A DNA stretch of 64,000 nt from Bifidobacteriaceae bacterium. GTDB taxonomy: Bacteria > Actinomycetota > Actinomycetes > Actinomycetales > WQXJ01. Both the position numbers and the translations under genes were made by a program. Numbering within the stretch: position 1 is the first letter of the stretch; every line of letters begins with the position of its first letter. The notes beneath the pieces were generated by a model that saw only the letters and a list, made by a program, of their open reading frames with translations, ran no database searches and was not told the DNA's origin. Positions 1 through 8,690 of the stretch are shown here, one piece after another. Location: contig JAIRYJ010000015.1 of the NCBI GenBank assembly GCA_031267825.1, forward strand, positions 9,487 through 73,486, given 5' to 3'.

Positions 1-1129
1 CCTGGTAGCCGCCGGTCAGCAGCACCGCGCCACCGGCCACACCTTTAGTGCCGCTGATCAAATCCGCCGGGTCAGCCTGACGCTGTTTAGCCTCGGCTTG
101 AATGTCAGCCGCCGGTGCGACCCGACCGATCGGCACCGCCTGCTGGCCGGACCCGGCCAAACTAGCCAGGCTGGCTTGCACACCCGCCTCCGCCACAATC
201 GCTACCATGCCGATACCCAAGTTGAGCGTCCGCTCAAGATCTCCCCAAGCTACTTGGGCGGCATCGTGCAAAACATGAAAAACCGGCGGAACCGGCCAGG
301 CCTCCCGCGACACGACAGCTCCCAAACTCGGAGGCAAAACTCGGGCCAAATTAGCCGCCAACCCACCACCCGTAACATGAGCCATCCCGTGCAAGCCTGT
401 CCCAGGTGTTTCAGCCAACTTCAGCATCGCGCTGGTGTAAAGCCGGGTCGGTTCGAGGGCTTCCTCCCCCAGGGTGCGCCCAAATTCCGGCACGAACCGT
501 TCCCAATCCCAGCCAAGATCCCTAACTACTGCCCTGACCAGCGAATATCCGTTCGAATGGAGACCTGATGAAGCTAACCCGATCACCACATCACCGGCCG
601 CAACACGGTCAGGTCCAAGGACCTGGTCACGTTCGACCAGCCCAACCGCGGCCCCTGCCAGATCATATTCACCTGGCCGCATGACTCCCGGGTGTTCAGC
701 CGTCTCACCGGAAATCAAGGATGTGCCGGTGGCAGCGCAGGCGGCGGCGATTCCTTCAACGATTTCCGCCACAACCACCGGGTCAACTTTCCCAGTAGCG
801 ATGTAATCCGTCATGAACAGCGGCCTAGCCCCGGTCACAACAATGTCATCAACAACCATGCCGACCAGGTCAAATCCAACGGTCCGGTGAACGCCCATAG
901 CTTGGGCGATGCATAACTTGGTTCCTACCCCGTCGGTCGCGGTAGCTAGCACCGGGTGACGGTAGGTTTTCAGATCGGAGGCGTCCCACAAGCCGGCGAA
1001 ACCACCCAGGCCAGCTAGGACACGCGGTCCAAGAGTTGATTCGACAGCCGTCCGCATCAGTTCAACAGCCCGGTCCCCGGCTGCGACATCAACGCCGCTG
1101 CGGCTGTAAGCCCCGCCCCCGCCGCTCAA
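1..1129 (-). CDS. purM: Phosphoribosylformylglycinamidine cyclo-ligase (AIR synthase), C-terminus cut by window edge
   Basis: The minus-strand frame is open from 1129 to the window start, so it is absent from the ORF track (no stop in window). My translation reads ..AYSRSGVDVAAGDRAVELMRTAVES..ATDGVGTKL..ISGETAEHPG..SSGLHSNGYSL.., which are classic PurM motifs. A TTG start overlaps the purF stop (TTGA). It lies directly downstream of purF. Confidence 0.85.
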   Translation of the reverse strand, partial: MSGGGGAYSRSGVDVAAGDRAVELMRTAVESTLGPRVLAGLGGFAGLWDASDLKTYRHPVLATATDGVGTKLCIAQAMGVHRTVGFDLVGMVVDDIVVTGARPLFMTDYIATGKVDPVVVAEIVEGIAAACAATGTSLISGETAEHPGVMRPGEYDLAGAAVGLVERDQVLGPDRVAAGDVVIGLASSGLHSNGYSLVRAVVRDLGWDWERFVPEFGRTLGEEALEPTRLYTSAMLKLAETPGTGLHGMAHVTGGGLAANLARVLPPSLGAVVSREAWPVPPVFHVLHDAAQVAWGDLERTLNLGIGMVAIVAEAGVQASLASLAGSGQQAVPIGRVAPAADIQAEAKQRQADPADLISGTKGVAGGAVLLTGGYQ

Positions 1130-2727
1130 GAAGGCTGCTCCGGTGACGCGACGGAAAGGCCGTGGCGGCGCTGGCCGGGTCGGGCCAGCTCCTCAGGTTC
1201 ATCCAGCCGTTCAAACAAGTGTTTACCCAGGGCGATTGATTCTGGCTGGACTTCGATCGGATAAACCCCAGTGAAACAAGCTGTGCAAAGCTGACTGGCC
1301 GCATGATGGGTGGCGGCGACCATGCCTTCTAAGGAGATGTACCCCAGTGAATCCGCCCCGATTGATTGTTTGATGTCCTCAACTTCCAGCCCGTCAGCGA
1401 TTAGTTCCGCTTTGGTGGCGAAGTCGATCCCATAGAAGCAGGGCCACATGACTGGTGGTGAAGAGATCCGGACATGAACTTCTTTGGCGCCGGCCTCACG
1501 CAGCATCCGCACCACCGCCCGCTGCGTGTTCCCCCGGACAATCGAATCATCCACCACCACCAGGCGCTGGCCTCTGATCACTTCACGTAACGGGTTAAGT
1601 TTGAGCCGCAAACCTAACTGGCGGATAGTTTGCGACGGCTCAATGAACGTCCGTCCGACATAAGCGTTCTTGGTCAACCCTTGAGCGAACTCAATCCCGG
1701 ACTCCGCCGCGTAACCGATCGCCGCTGGTGTACCAGATGATGGCACTGGGATCACCAAGTCCGCTTCCACCCGGTGTTCCCGGGCTAATGCCCGGCCCAT
1801 TTCCAGCCGGGTGGCGTTAACTGACCGGCCAGCTAGTTCCGTGTCCGGGCGTGACAGGTAAACGTATTCGAAAATACAAGTCTTGGGTTCAGGTTCAGCG
1901 AACGGTGTTTCACGCAATCCGCCGGAATCAATCACAACCAGTTCGCCTGGCTTAACCTCGCGCACAAAACTGGCCCCAACAATGTCTAGGGCAGCGGTTT
2001 CTGATGCCACCACCCAGCCACCGCTGTCTAGTTTGCCTAAGGCGAGTGGGCGGACGCCGTTACGGTCGCGGGCCGCGTAAAGCCGTTCCTCATCCATGAA
2101 GACCAGCGAAAAAGCGCCTTTGACTTGCGGCAGTATTTCTAGCGCGGTCTGTTCCAGGGTGTGATCCAGATCGCCAGCTAGCAGTCCAGCCAGGATTGAG
2201 GTGTCAGCACTGAACCGCGGTACTTGCGCCGGGTTGGTTTGGGCCAGGTTGCGTAGCAGTCCGCTGGCGTTGGCCAGTCCACCTGCCCGCGGCACCCGGT
2301 CAGGGTGTTGGTCCGCCAGGATGCGTTTCAGTTCTGTTGTGTTGGTCAGATTGCCGTTGTGGGCTAGAGCCACCGTGCCGCCGGCTGTTGGGCCTAAGGC
2401 GGGTTGGGCGTTCCACCAGCTAGAACTACCAGTTGTCGAATAGCGGGTGTGGCCAATGGCGATGTGTCCGGTCAGCGAGTTGAGGATCGTCTCATCGAAC
2501 ACCTGTGAAACTAGGCCCATGTCCTTGTAGACCAGCAGTTTGTGGCCATCTGAGGTGGCGATCCCAGCCGATTCTTGGCCGCGGTGTTGCAGGGCGTACA
2601 AACCGAAATAGGTTAGCTTGGCGACATCCTCGCCCCGGGCCCAAACGCCGAACACACCGCATTCGTCTTGGGGTCCGCGTTCTAAGGGCAAAAGTTCATG
2701 ATTGAGGCGTCCGTCTCCGCGTGGCAC
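1126..2727 (-). CDS. purF: Amidophosphoribosyltransferase
   Basis: 533-aa ORF. It has the N-terminal nucleophile context ECGVFGVWA, a glutamine amidotransferase class II region and the PRPP-binding loop VVVDDSIVRGNT. The purF-purM order is conserved. Confidence 0.95.
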   Translation of the reverse strand: MPRGDGRLNHELLPLERGPQDECGVFGVWARGEDVAKLTYFGLYALQHRGQESAGIATSDGHKLLVYKDMGLVSQVFDETILNSLTGHIAIGHTRYSTTGSSSWWNAQPALGPTAGGTVALAHNGNLTNTTELKRILADQHPDRVPRAGGLANASGLLRNLAQTNPAQVPRFSADTSILAGLLAGDLDHTLEQTALEILPQVKGAFSLVFMDEERLYAARDRNGVRPLALGKLDSGGWVVASETAALDIVGASFVREVKPGELVVIDSGGLRETPFAEPEPKTCIFEYVYLSRPDTELAGRSVNATRLEMGRALAREHRVEADLVIPVPSSGTPAAIGYAAESGIEFAQGLTKNAYVGRTFIEPSQTIRQLGLRLKLNPLREVIRGQRLVVVDDSIVRGNTQRAVVRMLREAGAKEVHVRISSPPVMWPCFYGIDFATKAELIADGLEVEDIKQSIGADSLGYISLEGMVAATHHAASQLCTACFTGVYPIEVQPESIALGKHLFERLDEPEELARPGQRRHGLSVASPEQPS

Positions 2728-2777
2728 CGTCCTATCCTAAATGCCTCCCCGCTCAGCCAGCGCCAGGGCGGCCACGT

Positions 2778-3533
2778 TCAACGCACTTCGCGGACGGTTT
2801 GCCGCCACAAGCCGAAACACCAAGGCGCCAGGCAGGTCAAAACGAATGACGTCACAACCGCCAAGCTGAAGGAGGAACCACCTTCAATCCAGGAAACCGC
2901 CGATGAAAACATGAACCACTGGGCCGTCTGTGGCCCAACAACTAGCACCGCCAACGGGTCCAGCACGATTGGCGCCAGCAGCACAAAAACAATCGCCAGC
3001 GGCGATGACAACAGCAACGAACCCCAAGCCAGCCCAATCAGGGTCATCAAAATGGTCTGCAGGTACGCCGCCCGGACCATCTGCCCCAGGAAGCTAGTTG
3101 TCAACGGGTCACCCCGGGCGGTCAAGGTGATGACCGCCACCATCGCGCCAAGCAGCAGCATGACTGTCACCAGGGCGACAGCCACAACCACCGCGGCGGC
3201 GGTTTTGGCGACAATCACTTTCCAGCGCCGTGGTTCGATCAGGAAGGTCATCCCGCCGGTACGCTGCGACCACTCACTGGTCATAGCTAACAGCCCGATT
3301 ATTGGCATGGCCATCATGACGCCGGCCGCCCCCAGCGTGGTGATGGCCCCGAATTCGCTACCTGGCCGGTCGGAATCGCTCAGGCCAATGCCGGCCACCA
3401 CCGAAATGATCGTGATGGCGAGCGCTAACCCACCCAACGCCAAAACAACCGCCAAAGCTGATCTGGTGTCAATTGTTTTCCGGGTCTCGGCGCTGATCAG
3501 CCGGAACCAGGGGATGTTTTTCTCAGTTGCCAT
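2778..3533 (-). CDS. ABC-2 type transporter permease
   Basis: A multi-TM hydrophobic ORF immediately downstream of the ABC ATPase. I moved the start to the ATG at 3533 (MATEKNIPWF...), which overlaps the ATPase stop by 11 nt. The longer track start lies inside the ATPase gene. Confidence 0.7.
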   Translation of the reverse strand: MATEKNIPWFRLISAETRKTIDTRSALAVVLALGGLALAITIISVVAGIGLSDSDRPGSEFGAITTLGAAGVMMAMPIIGLLAMTSEWSQRTGGMTFLIEPRRWKVIVAKTAAAVVVAVALVTVMLLLGAMVAVITLTARGDPLTTSFLGQMVRAAYLQTILMTLIGLAWGSLLLSSPLAIVFVLLAPIVLDPLAVLVVGPQTAQWFMFSSAVSWIEGGSSFSLAVVTSFVLTCLAPWCFGLWRQTVREVR

Positions 3534-4518
3534 GGCTGGCCTCACTTTCAGGGCTGCCCGGCAGACCTGGCGCGCGAAATTCGCCGCTCGTGTTCTCCAG
3601 GACGTATTCCCGCAGACTGGTCTGTTCTGGCCGGAGTTCCAGCAGAACAATCCCTTCAGTGATGGCGGTCCTCCCAATCAGCGCCGCTTCGCAGGCGCAT
3701 CGCAGATACGGTGGTTCAGCTACCACCCGGACTCCGTCCCGGCTCAAAGCTTGGGCCAGGCGTTGGTCATCTTGCGACTGGACTAGGGTTTCGGTTCGCC
3801 CAACCGGCCGCAGCAGATCGGCTGTCCGCTGTGCCGCGATGATCCGGCCCCGGTCTATTAGCACCACGTTGTCGGCCAGGTCATCAATCTCAGCGATCAT
3901 GTGGGTTGAAACCAGGATCCCCCGGCCGGCCCGGGCCAGCCCGGTCATCAACGTCCGCAACCAGTTGATGCCTTCCGGGTCAAGCCCGTTCATTGGTTCA
4001 TCCAGCATCAGATAGGCCGGATCGGGTGCCAGAACACAGGCCAGGGCGAGCCGTTGACGCATGCCGAGTGACAGTTTGCCGACCCGTCGCTGGCGAACCG
4101 CTGTCAAGCCAACTGTTTCGAGCATTTCTTCGGGCCGTGACTTGGCCAGCCCGGTTGTCAAGCAAACCAGCCGCAGCGTTTCGATCACTGTCCGCCCGGA
4201 GTGCAGCCAGCCCGCGTCCAGTACGGCCCCGATGGTCCGCGCCGGGTTCGGGATTTGTTTGATTGTCCGGCCGTCAAACAATGTGGTCCCGCTGTTCGGT
4301 TGGGTCAAGGCCAGCATCGAACGCATCGTGGTGGTTTTACCTGAACCGTTCGGCCCTAAGAACCCGGTGACCGCCCCGGCTGGCACATCAAAGCTGGCGT
4401 CGTTGACCGCGATCAGCCCACCATAACGTTTGGTCAGGTGCCGCACCGCGATGCCACGTTGGCCTGTCTCAACCGCCGACCGCCGCTCTGGTGGTGGCAC
4501 CGTCTTGTTGTCTGTCAT
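3523..4518 (-). CDS. ABC transporter ATP-binding protein
   Basis: Walker A GPNGSGKTT, ABC signature LSLGMRQR and Walker B LMLDEP. Confidence 0.9.
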   Translation of the reverse strand: MTDNKTVPPPERRSAVETGQRGIAVRHLTKRYGGLIAVNDASFDVPAGAVTGFLGPNGSGKTTTMRSMLALTQPNSGTTLFDGRTIKQIPNPARTIGAVLDAGWLHSGRTVIETLRLVCLTTGLAKSRPEEMLETVGLTAVRQRRVGKLSLGMRQRLALACVLAPDPAYLMLDEPMNGLDPEGINWLRTLMTGLARAGRGILVSTHMIAEIDDLADNVVLIDRGRIIAAQRTADLLRPVGRTETLVQSQDDQRLAQALSRDGVRVVAEPPYLRCACEAALIGRTAITEGIVLLELRPEQTSLREYVLENTSGEFRAPGLPGSPESEASHGN

Positions 4519-4593
4519 AGTGTGATTTTGTCACGGCTGTTTCCAGCCCGGGTTTTGGCGGACGATGCCGTCCGTCAGGCCGCCGTCGCTCAG

Positions 4594-4827
4594 TCAGCTC
4601 CGCGAATCCCCATCAGCGTCAATACAACTCCGCGGTCCGCAGGCATTCGCCCCATTCTTCGGCGGCCGGATCCGTGCGGCGTCATAGTCGAAGCTGACCA
4701 TCGGATCAATCTCCATTGCGGCCGTCTGGCACCCGGTCAGCCCAGCCGGAACCAGGCAAGCGAGTACAAGAACTGGCCAGACGTTCCTGGCCCGGCCCCC
4801 GGCCAGCGGTCTCGTGGGGCGGTCCAT
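4594..4827 (-). CDS. Small putative lipoprotein (77 aa)
   Basis: It has a basic n-region, the hydrophobic stretch VWPVLVLACLVPAGL and the lipobox-like LTGC. The predicted mature part is about 44 aa and contains 2 further Cys. No family was recognised. Confidence 0.4.
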   Translation of the reverse strand: MDRPTRPLAGGRARNVWPVLVLACLVPAGLTGCQTAAMEIDPMVSFDYDAARIRPPKNGANACGPRSCIDADGDSRS

Positions 4828-4865
4828 GGCGGCCCAGTTGGGCCGCCCGCCCTAAGATAATTCCC

Positions 4866-5912
4866 GTGCCCAAGCCAACCAGACCCGCCCGGCCGTTCAA
4901 AGACCTGCCGGAACGCGACCGGACTCTGTTATCGGTCGCTAGGACCGCCAGTTCGTACGGCAATCACAGCAAGGCGATTGAGGCCGCCAAGCAGATCACT
5001 GACCCTGAGGCGAGGAACGCGGCGCTGGCGCACATCGCCAAAACCGCCAGCTCTTACGGTAACGCCGCCAAAGCGATCGCCGCCGCCGAACTGATTGACA
5101 GGGCTGACGTTAAGGACACCGCCCTGGCCCACATCGCCAAGACAGCCAGCTCTTATGGCAGCCCAAAAAGAGCGATCGAGGCGGCCCGCCAAATCGCTAA
5201 CGCCTACACCAGAGACACCGCCCTGGCTCAGATCGCCAAAATCGCTAGTTCTTACGGCAGTCCTGAAATGGCCCGCCAGGCCGCCGAACTGATGGGGGCG
5301 CCGTCGCTCAGTATTCCGCCCAGCCCGGCCACACCACCTGACCAAGACTCAAAGTCGGCCGATCGGCTGGCGGATTACCCGGAACTGGCTGACCTGCTCC
5401 AGCATCTTGGCCACTTGCGGACCCTCTACCAGGAGGTCAGCGGTACGGACTGGGCTCAGGCAGCGGCCGGGGCGACCGCCCAGATGATCCAAAACGTCCT
5501 CGACGACTTGCAGGAACTGTTCCGCCGTTTATCCGCCCAATCCATCACCGCCCAAACCTCAAGCAGCGGGCAGTCCGCTGCCCGCCGACCCAGCCCGGCC
5601 GCTTTACCTCCGGCTTTGACTGGGCCCCGGCGTTGGGCGGTTGATGAGGTCTTACGCGTCGAATACTGCGACCAGCTAACCAAACTGGCTGAACTCTTAG
5701 GTCAGGACTACTTGCTTGACATCTTGAACCGGCCCGAATTGTGGGATGACCCGCAGGGCCGCGCCCAAGCTGTGACAGATGCCATGACTGAGTTCGGTGA
5801 ACGGATCATCAGAGACATCAAACAGGTCAACGCTGATCAAGCGCCCCGTTTCCAATGGTCACTTGATTCACTGGCCCGCGCCTTGAAAGGCGATCCGCCA
5901 CCCGCCGGGTAG
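4866..5912 (+). CDS. Hypothetical protein with 3.5 tandem 33-aa repeats (TASSYG..KAI.AA.QI......ALAHIAK)
   Basis: ORF 4716..5912. The first 50 codons overlap the divergent lipoprotein gene and look non-coding, so I prefer the in-frame GTG at 4866. A 99-nt DNA periodicity is visible at about 4940-5290. There is no TM segment or signal peptide. Confidence 0.55.
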   Translation: MPKPTRPARPFKDLPERDRTLLSVARTASSYGNHSKAIEAAKQITDPEARNAALAHIAKTASSYGNAAKAIAAAELIDRADVKDTALAHIAKTASSYGSPKRAIEAARQIANAYTRDTALAQIAKIASSYGSPEMARQAAELMGAPSLSIPPSPATPPDQDSKSADRLADYPELADLLQHLGHLRTLYQEVSGTDWAQAAAGATAQMIQNVLDDLQELFRRLSAQSITAQTSSSGQSAARRPSPAALPPALTGPRRWAVDEVLRVEYCDQLTKLAELLGQDYLLDILNRPELWDDPQGRAQAVTDAMTEFGERIIRDIKQVNADQAPRFQWSLDSLARALKGDPPPAG

Positions 5913-6136
5913 CAGGCGTCACCCAGCGGGCATGCCCGGCACTGGGCGGGCTGGGGGCCGACCGCCGGGAAAAACTGCCCGGGCGGCATCGTACAACTAG
6001 GTGACCCAGCGCCCCGCGAAGACGCCGTCCGGGCGAAAGCCAACACCCAGTCTTCGCTAACCCCGGCCTTAACGGCCACCTGACGGGCCGTCAAGCCGAC
6101 CCGTAAAAGGCTCCTAACCTCGGCTGTCCGGCTCAC
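5837..6136 (-). CDS. feoC: FeoC-like small winged-helix protein with Cys motif
   Basis: The GTG at 6136 overlaps the feoB stop as GTGA, the same junction type as feoA/feoB. The N-terminal HTH-like segment is AEVRSLLRVGLTARQVAVKAGVSEDWV. It is followed by C..CRACPLGDAC, which resembles the E. coli FeoC cluster motif CKSCPEGKAC (recalled from memory). The 3' end overlaps the convergent ORF by 76 nt. Confidence 0.55.
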   Translation of the reverse strand: MSRTAEVRSLLRVGLTARQVAVKAGVSEDWVLAFARTASSRGAGSPSCTMPPGQFFPAVGPQPAQCRACPLGDACYPAGGGSPFKARASESSDHWKRGA

Positions 6137-8274
6137 AACAAGGCCCCTAACTGGAACACCACAACAGCCAGCAGCCAAGAAATAGCCAAAGATAAGCCCA
6201 ACGCGGCGGCTGTCGGTTTCAAGCCGAAGACCCGGCGCTGCTCCGCCACAGTCGCCATGCAGGGTGCGTAACCGAGGCAGAACAACATGTACGCCCAGGC
6301 CGCGGCGTTACCGTGGCCACCCGATGAGGCATCCAAAGCGGCTCTGACCTTAGATGACAGATCGCCTACTTGAGTCGGGTCTTCTGGTTCTTCCATGCCG
6401 AAACTAGTCGCCATGGTCCCGACAGCCGCTTCCTTCGCCACAAACCCAGTCATCAATGACGCCGTGACATGCCAGTCGTCAAATCCGGCCGGAGCGAAAA
6501 CCGGTGCGATGCCTTCCGCAACGGCACCAAGCAAAGAGTCCTGAGCGGGGATTTCATCCCCAACGGTGTAGCCGGCCGTCACCGGGATGGACAACAAACC
6601 CCAAACCACGATCGACAGCACAACAATGACCTGACCAGCCCGCAGCACAAAGTTACGGCAGCGCAGCACCACTGATCTAAACAAAGGCATCAGGCGTGGC
6701 ACCTGATAAGGCGGTAACACCAGAATCAGGGGCTGGTCACCAACCGACCGGAAAGCCGTCTTATGCAGCACCAACCCCACCAAGACAATCAGACCAGCGG
6801 AGATCAGGTACATGCCAAAAACGACCGATCCGGCATGTTCCGGGAAAAAGACTGAAGCGATAAACAGGAAAATGACCAGCCGCGCGGTGCATGAAGCGTA
6901 AGGCGCCATCAGCCCGGTCATCAGGCGTTGACGCGCGTCAGGCAAGGTCTTGGTGGCGGCAACAGCCGGGATGTTGCAGCCGAAACCGATCACCAACGGC
7001 AGCACGGCCCGCCCATCCAGGCCGATCAGCCGCATCAGCCGGTCTGACACCAAAGCGGCCCGCGCCATATAGCCCGAATCCTCAAGCAGCGCGATGGCCA
7101 GAAAAATGATCGCCATCAGCGGCACAAAGCCAGCCACAATACCCACACCAGCTAGCAGGCCGTCCTGCAGCAACGATTCAAACCAGCCGCCATCCCAGCC
7201 GATCAGGTTCAGCCCGGCTTGCACCCAGCCGCCCATCACGTTGACCACGAAACCTTCGAAGGCTTCCTGTAAAGGTCCAGCTAAGACTGTTGTGGCCTCA
7301 AACACGAGCCACAAGATGGCCAAGAAGACGGGTGTTCCGATCCACCATTTGAGCAGCCAGCGGTCAACTTTGTCTGATCCGGCCGGGGTTGGCGGCCGGT
7401 CCAAACTGGCCGCGGCGATTGTTTCGGCCACCCAGTCGAACAGCGGATCTGAGGCTAGGTCCAGGTCAGGTTTGTCATCCAGGCCGCAAATCTCGGCTTC
7501 TAGGGGTAGTTTGACCCGCGGGCTGATCTTGCCCGCCAGCACGGCGGCGACCGTTTCCGCCAGACGTTCACCGCCCTTGCCGCGCCGTGGGTCGACTTCG
7601 ACGACTGGCACGCCCAGCACGTCACGCAACTGCGCCGTGTCCACCAGCACGCCGCGTGAGCGTGCCACGTCCGCCATCGTTACGGCCACTATCAGCGGCA
7701 CACCAAGTAGGGCCAGCTGGCCGATCAAATAGAGTGACGAGGCCGGCGCGTTGGCGTCAAGCATCGCGATGGCTAAGTCTGGGCCGCTCAGGCCGTCCGT
7801 TTCTCTGCCCGATTCCGCCCGTCCGGCTCCCACCAAATGGCCGTCCTTGGCGGCGGCCGACTTCGCGCCACAATGCGGGCAGGCTGTCGCTGAACTGTGT
7901 TTATGGCCTTGGTTTTTGGCACGGCCAGTGGCACCAAGACTGGCGCTTGAACCGGATGAACTCGTCGCCGGGATTGCCGCCGGGCTGACCGCCTCGGCTG
8001 TGACCTGTTCATCGGGGCTTTGGGCTAGCAGCGAATAGGTTCCTGGCAGATCAATCAACCGGACAGTGGCTGGAGCGGCCGGATCAGTTGACCGCAGGCG
8101 CCAGCGGCCAGATTCGAAAGCGACCGTGGTGCGTGGGGCGTTCATGGTTTTCTGCCTCGCCCCGGTCAACAAGTTGAACAGGGTTGACTTGCCAACATTC
8201 GGATTGCCGACCAACATGACACGCTGCGGGCCTGTCCCAGCGGCGGTGCCAGTTTCAGTTGACAGGCTGGTCAC
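6133..8274 (-). CDS. feoB: Ferrous iron transporter FeoB
   Basis: It has the N-terminal G domain (GNPNVGKSTLFN, DLPGTYSL) followed by a polytopic membrane domain. The GTG start overlaps the feoA stop (GTGA). The G domain carries a low-complexity insertion of about 68 aa. Confidence 0.95.
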   Translation of the reverse strand: MTSLSTETGTAAGTGPQRVMLVGNPNVGKSTLFNLLTGARQKTMNAPRTTVAFESGRWRLRSTDPAAPATVRLIDLPGTYSLLAQSPDEQVTAEAVSPAAIPATSSSGSSASLGATGRAKNQGHKHSSATACPHCGAKSAAAKDGHLVGAGRAESGRETDGLSGPDLAIAMLDANAPASSLYLIGQLALLGVPLIVAVTMADVARSRGVLVDTAQLRDVLGVPVVEVDPRRGKGGERLAETVAAVLAGKISPRVKLPLEAEICGLDDKPDLDLASDPLFDWVAETIAAASLDRPPTPAGSDKVDRWLLKWWIGTPVFLAILWLVFEATTVLAGPLQEAFEGFVVNVMGGWVQAGLNLIGWDGGWFESLLQDGLLAGVGIVAGFVPLMAIIFLAIALLEDSGYMARAALVSDRLMRLIGLDGRAVLPLVIGFGCNIPAVAATKTLPDARQRLMTGLMAPYASCTARLVIFLFIASVFFPEHAGSVVFGMYLISAGLIVLVGLVLHKTAFRSVGDQPLILVLPPYQVPRLMPLFRSVVLRCRNFVLRAGQVIVVLSIVVWGLLSIPVTAGYTVGDEIPAQDSLLGAVAEGIAPVFAPAGFDDWHVTASLMTGFVAKEAAVGTMATSFGMEEPEDPTQVGDLSSKVRAALDASSGGHGNAAAWAYMLFCLGYAPCMATVAEQRRVFGLKPTAAALGLSLAISWLLAVVVFQLGALL

Positions 8275-8525
8275 GCCGCAGTCGCGGCAGGCTCAAGAAC
8301 AGTACTAACTGGCCGGGTCAAAACCCCGGCCGCGGTTGCCTTATCTAGCGCTAGGCGGTGCCCGCCACACACCACCACGGTGCCGCCAAAGACTGTCCGC
8401 TGCATCACACAAACCTCACAGCCCGGCCGTAGACCAAGTTCGCAGAGCCGTAAAGCTAACTGTTTATCCAAGGATGACCGCTCAACCCGCAGCTTCGCGC
8501 CCAGCGGGGCCTCGGACAACCTCAT
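8271..8525 (-). CDS. feoA: FeoA family protein
   Basis: An 84-aa SH3-like FeoA (LRVERSSLDKQLALRLCELGLRPGCEVCV) located directly upstream of feoB. Confidence 0.9.
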   Translation of the reverse strand: MRLSEAPLGAKLRVERSSLDKQLALRLCELGLRPGCEVCVMQRTVFGGTVVVCGGHRLALDKATAAGVLTRPVSTVLEPAATAA

Positions 8526-8533
8526 GGCAGTAC

Positions 8534-8562
8534 AACTTAGTTAAGGCTTACCTATTAAGCAA
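8534..8562 (-). promoter_or_regulatory. Putative feoA promoter (TTGCTT-17nt-TAAGTT) giving a leaderless or near-leaderless mRNA
   Basis: The minus strand reads TTGCTT aataggtaagccttaac TAAGTT gtactgcc ATG. The -10-like hexamer ends 8 nt before the start codon, and there is no Shine-Dalgarno sequence. Confidence 0.4.
8537..8555. promoter_or_regulatory. IdeR/DtxR-like iron box
   Basis: TTAGTTAAGGCTTACCTAT matches the IdeR consensus TTAGGTTAGGCTAACCTAA at 15 of 19 positions. It is internally palindromic (7 of 9 half-site positions). It overlaps the spacer and -10 of the putative feoA promoter. Confidence 0.5.
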
Positions 8563-8690
8563 CCGGGCGGGCGCCGCGTGGCGATCTGGCAGGAATCCTT
8601 CAGGCTGGTCGGCGGCGGTCAACCTTGCCAAGAATCCATCCGCACAGGTCGGTTCGGGCCGCATTCCGTTGCGTAACCCAGTTTTTTGGG

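Noticed and set aside
2698-3786. Long plus-strand ORF (362 aa) antisense to the ABC-2 permease and ATPase genes. Similar long antisense ORFs occur elsewhere, e.g. 7094..7732, 9919..10497, 46359..47006, 50302..50793 and 62325..62921.
   Set aside because: Their composition is the Ala/Arg/Pro/Ser/Thr-rich pattern typical of shadow ORFs opposite genuine genes in high-GC DNA. The opposite strand carries strong family motifs in each case.
5958-5981. Hairpin CCGCCGGG-aaaaactg-CCCGGCGG between the convergent genes was considered as a bidirectional terminator.
   Set aside because: It lies inside the proposed FeoC-like ORF and has no T-tract on either side. I kept only the CDS interpretation.
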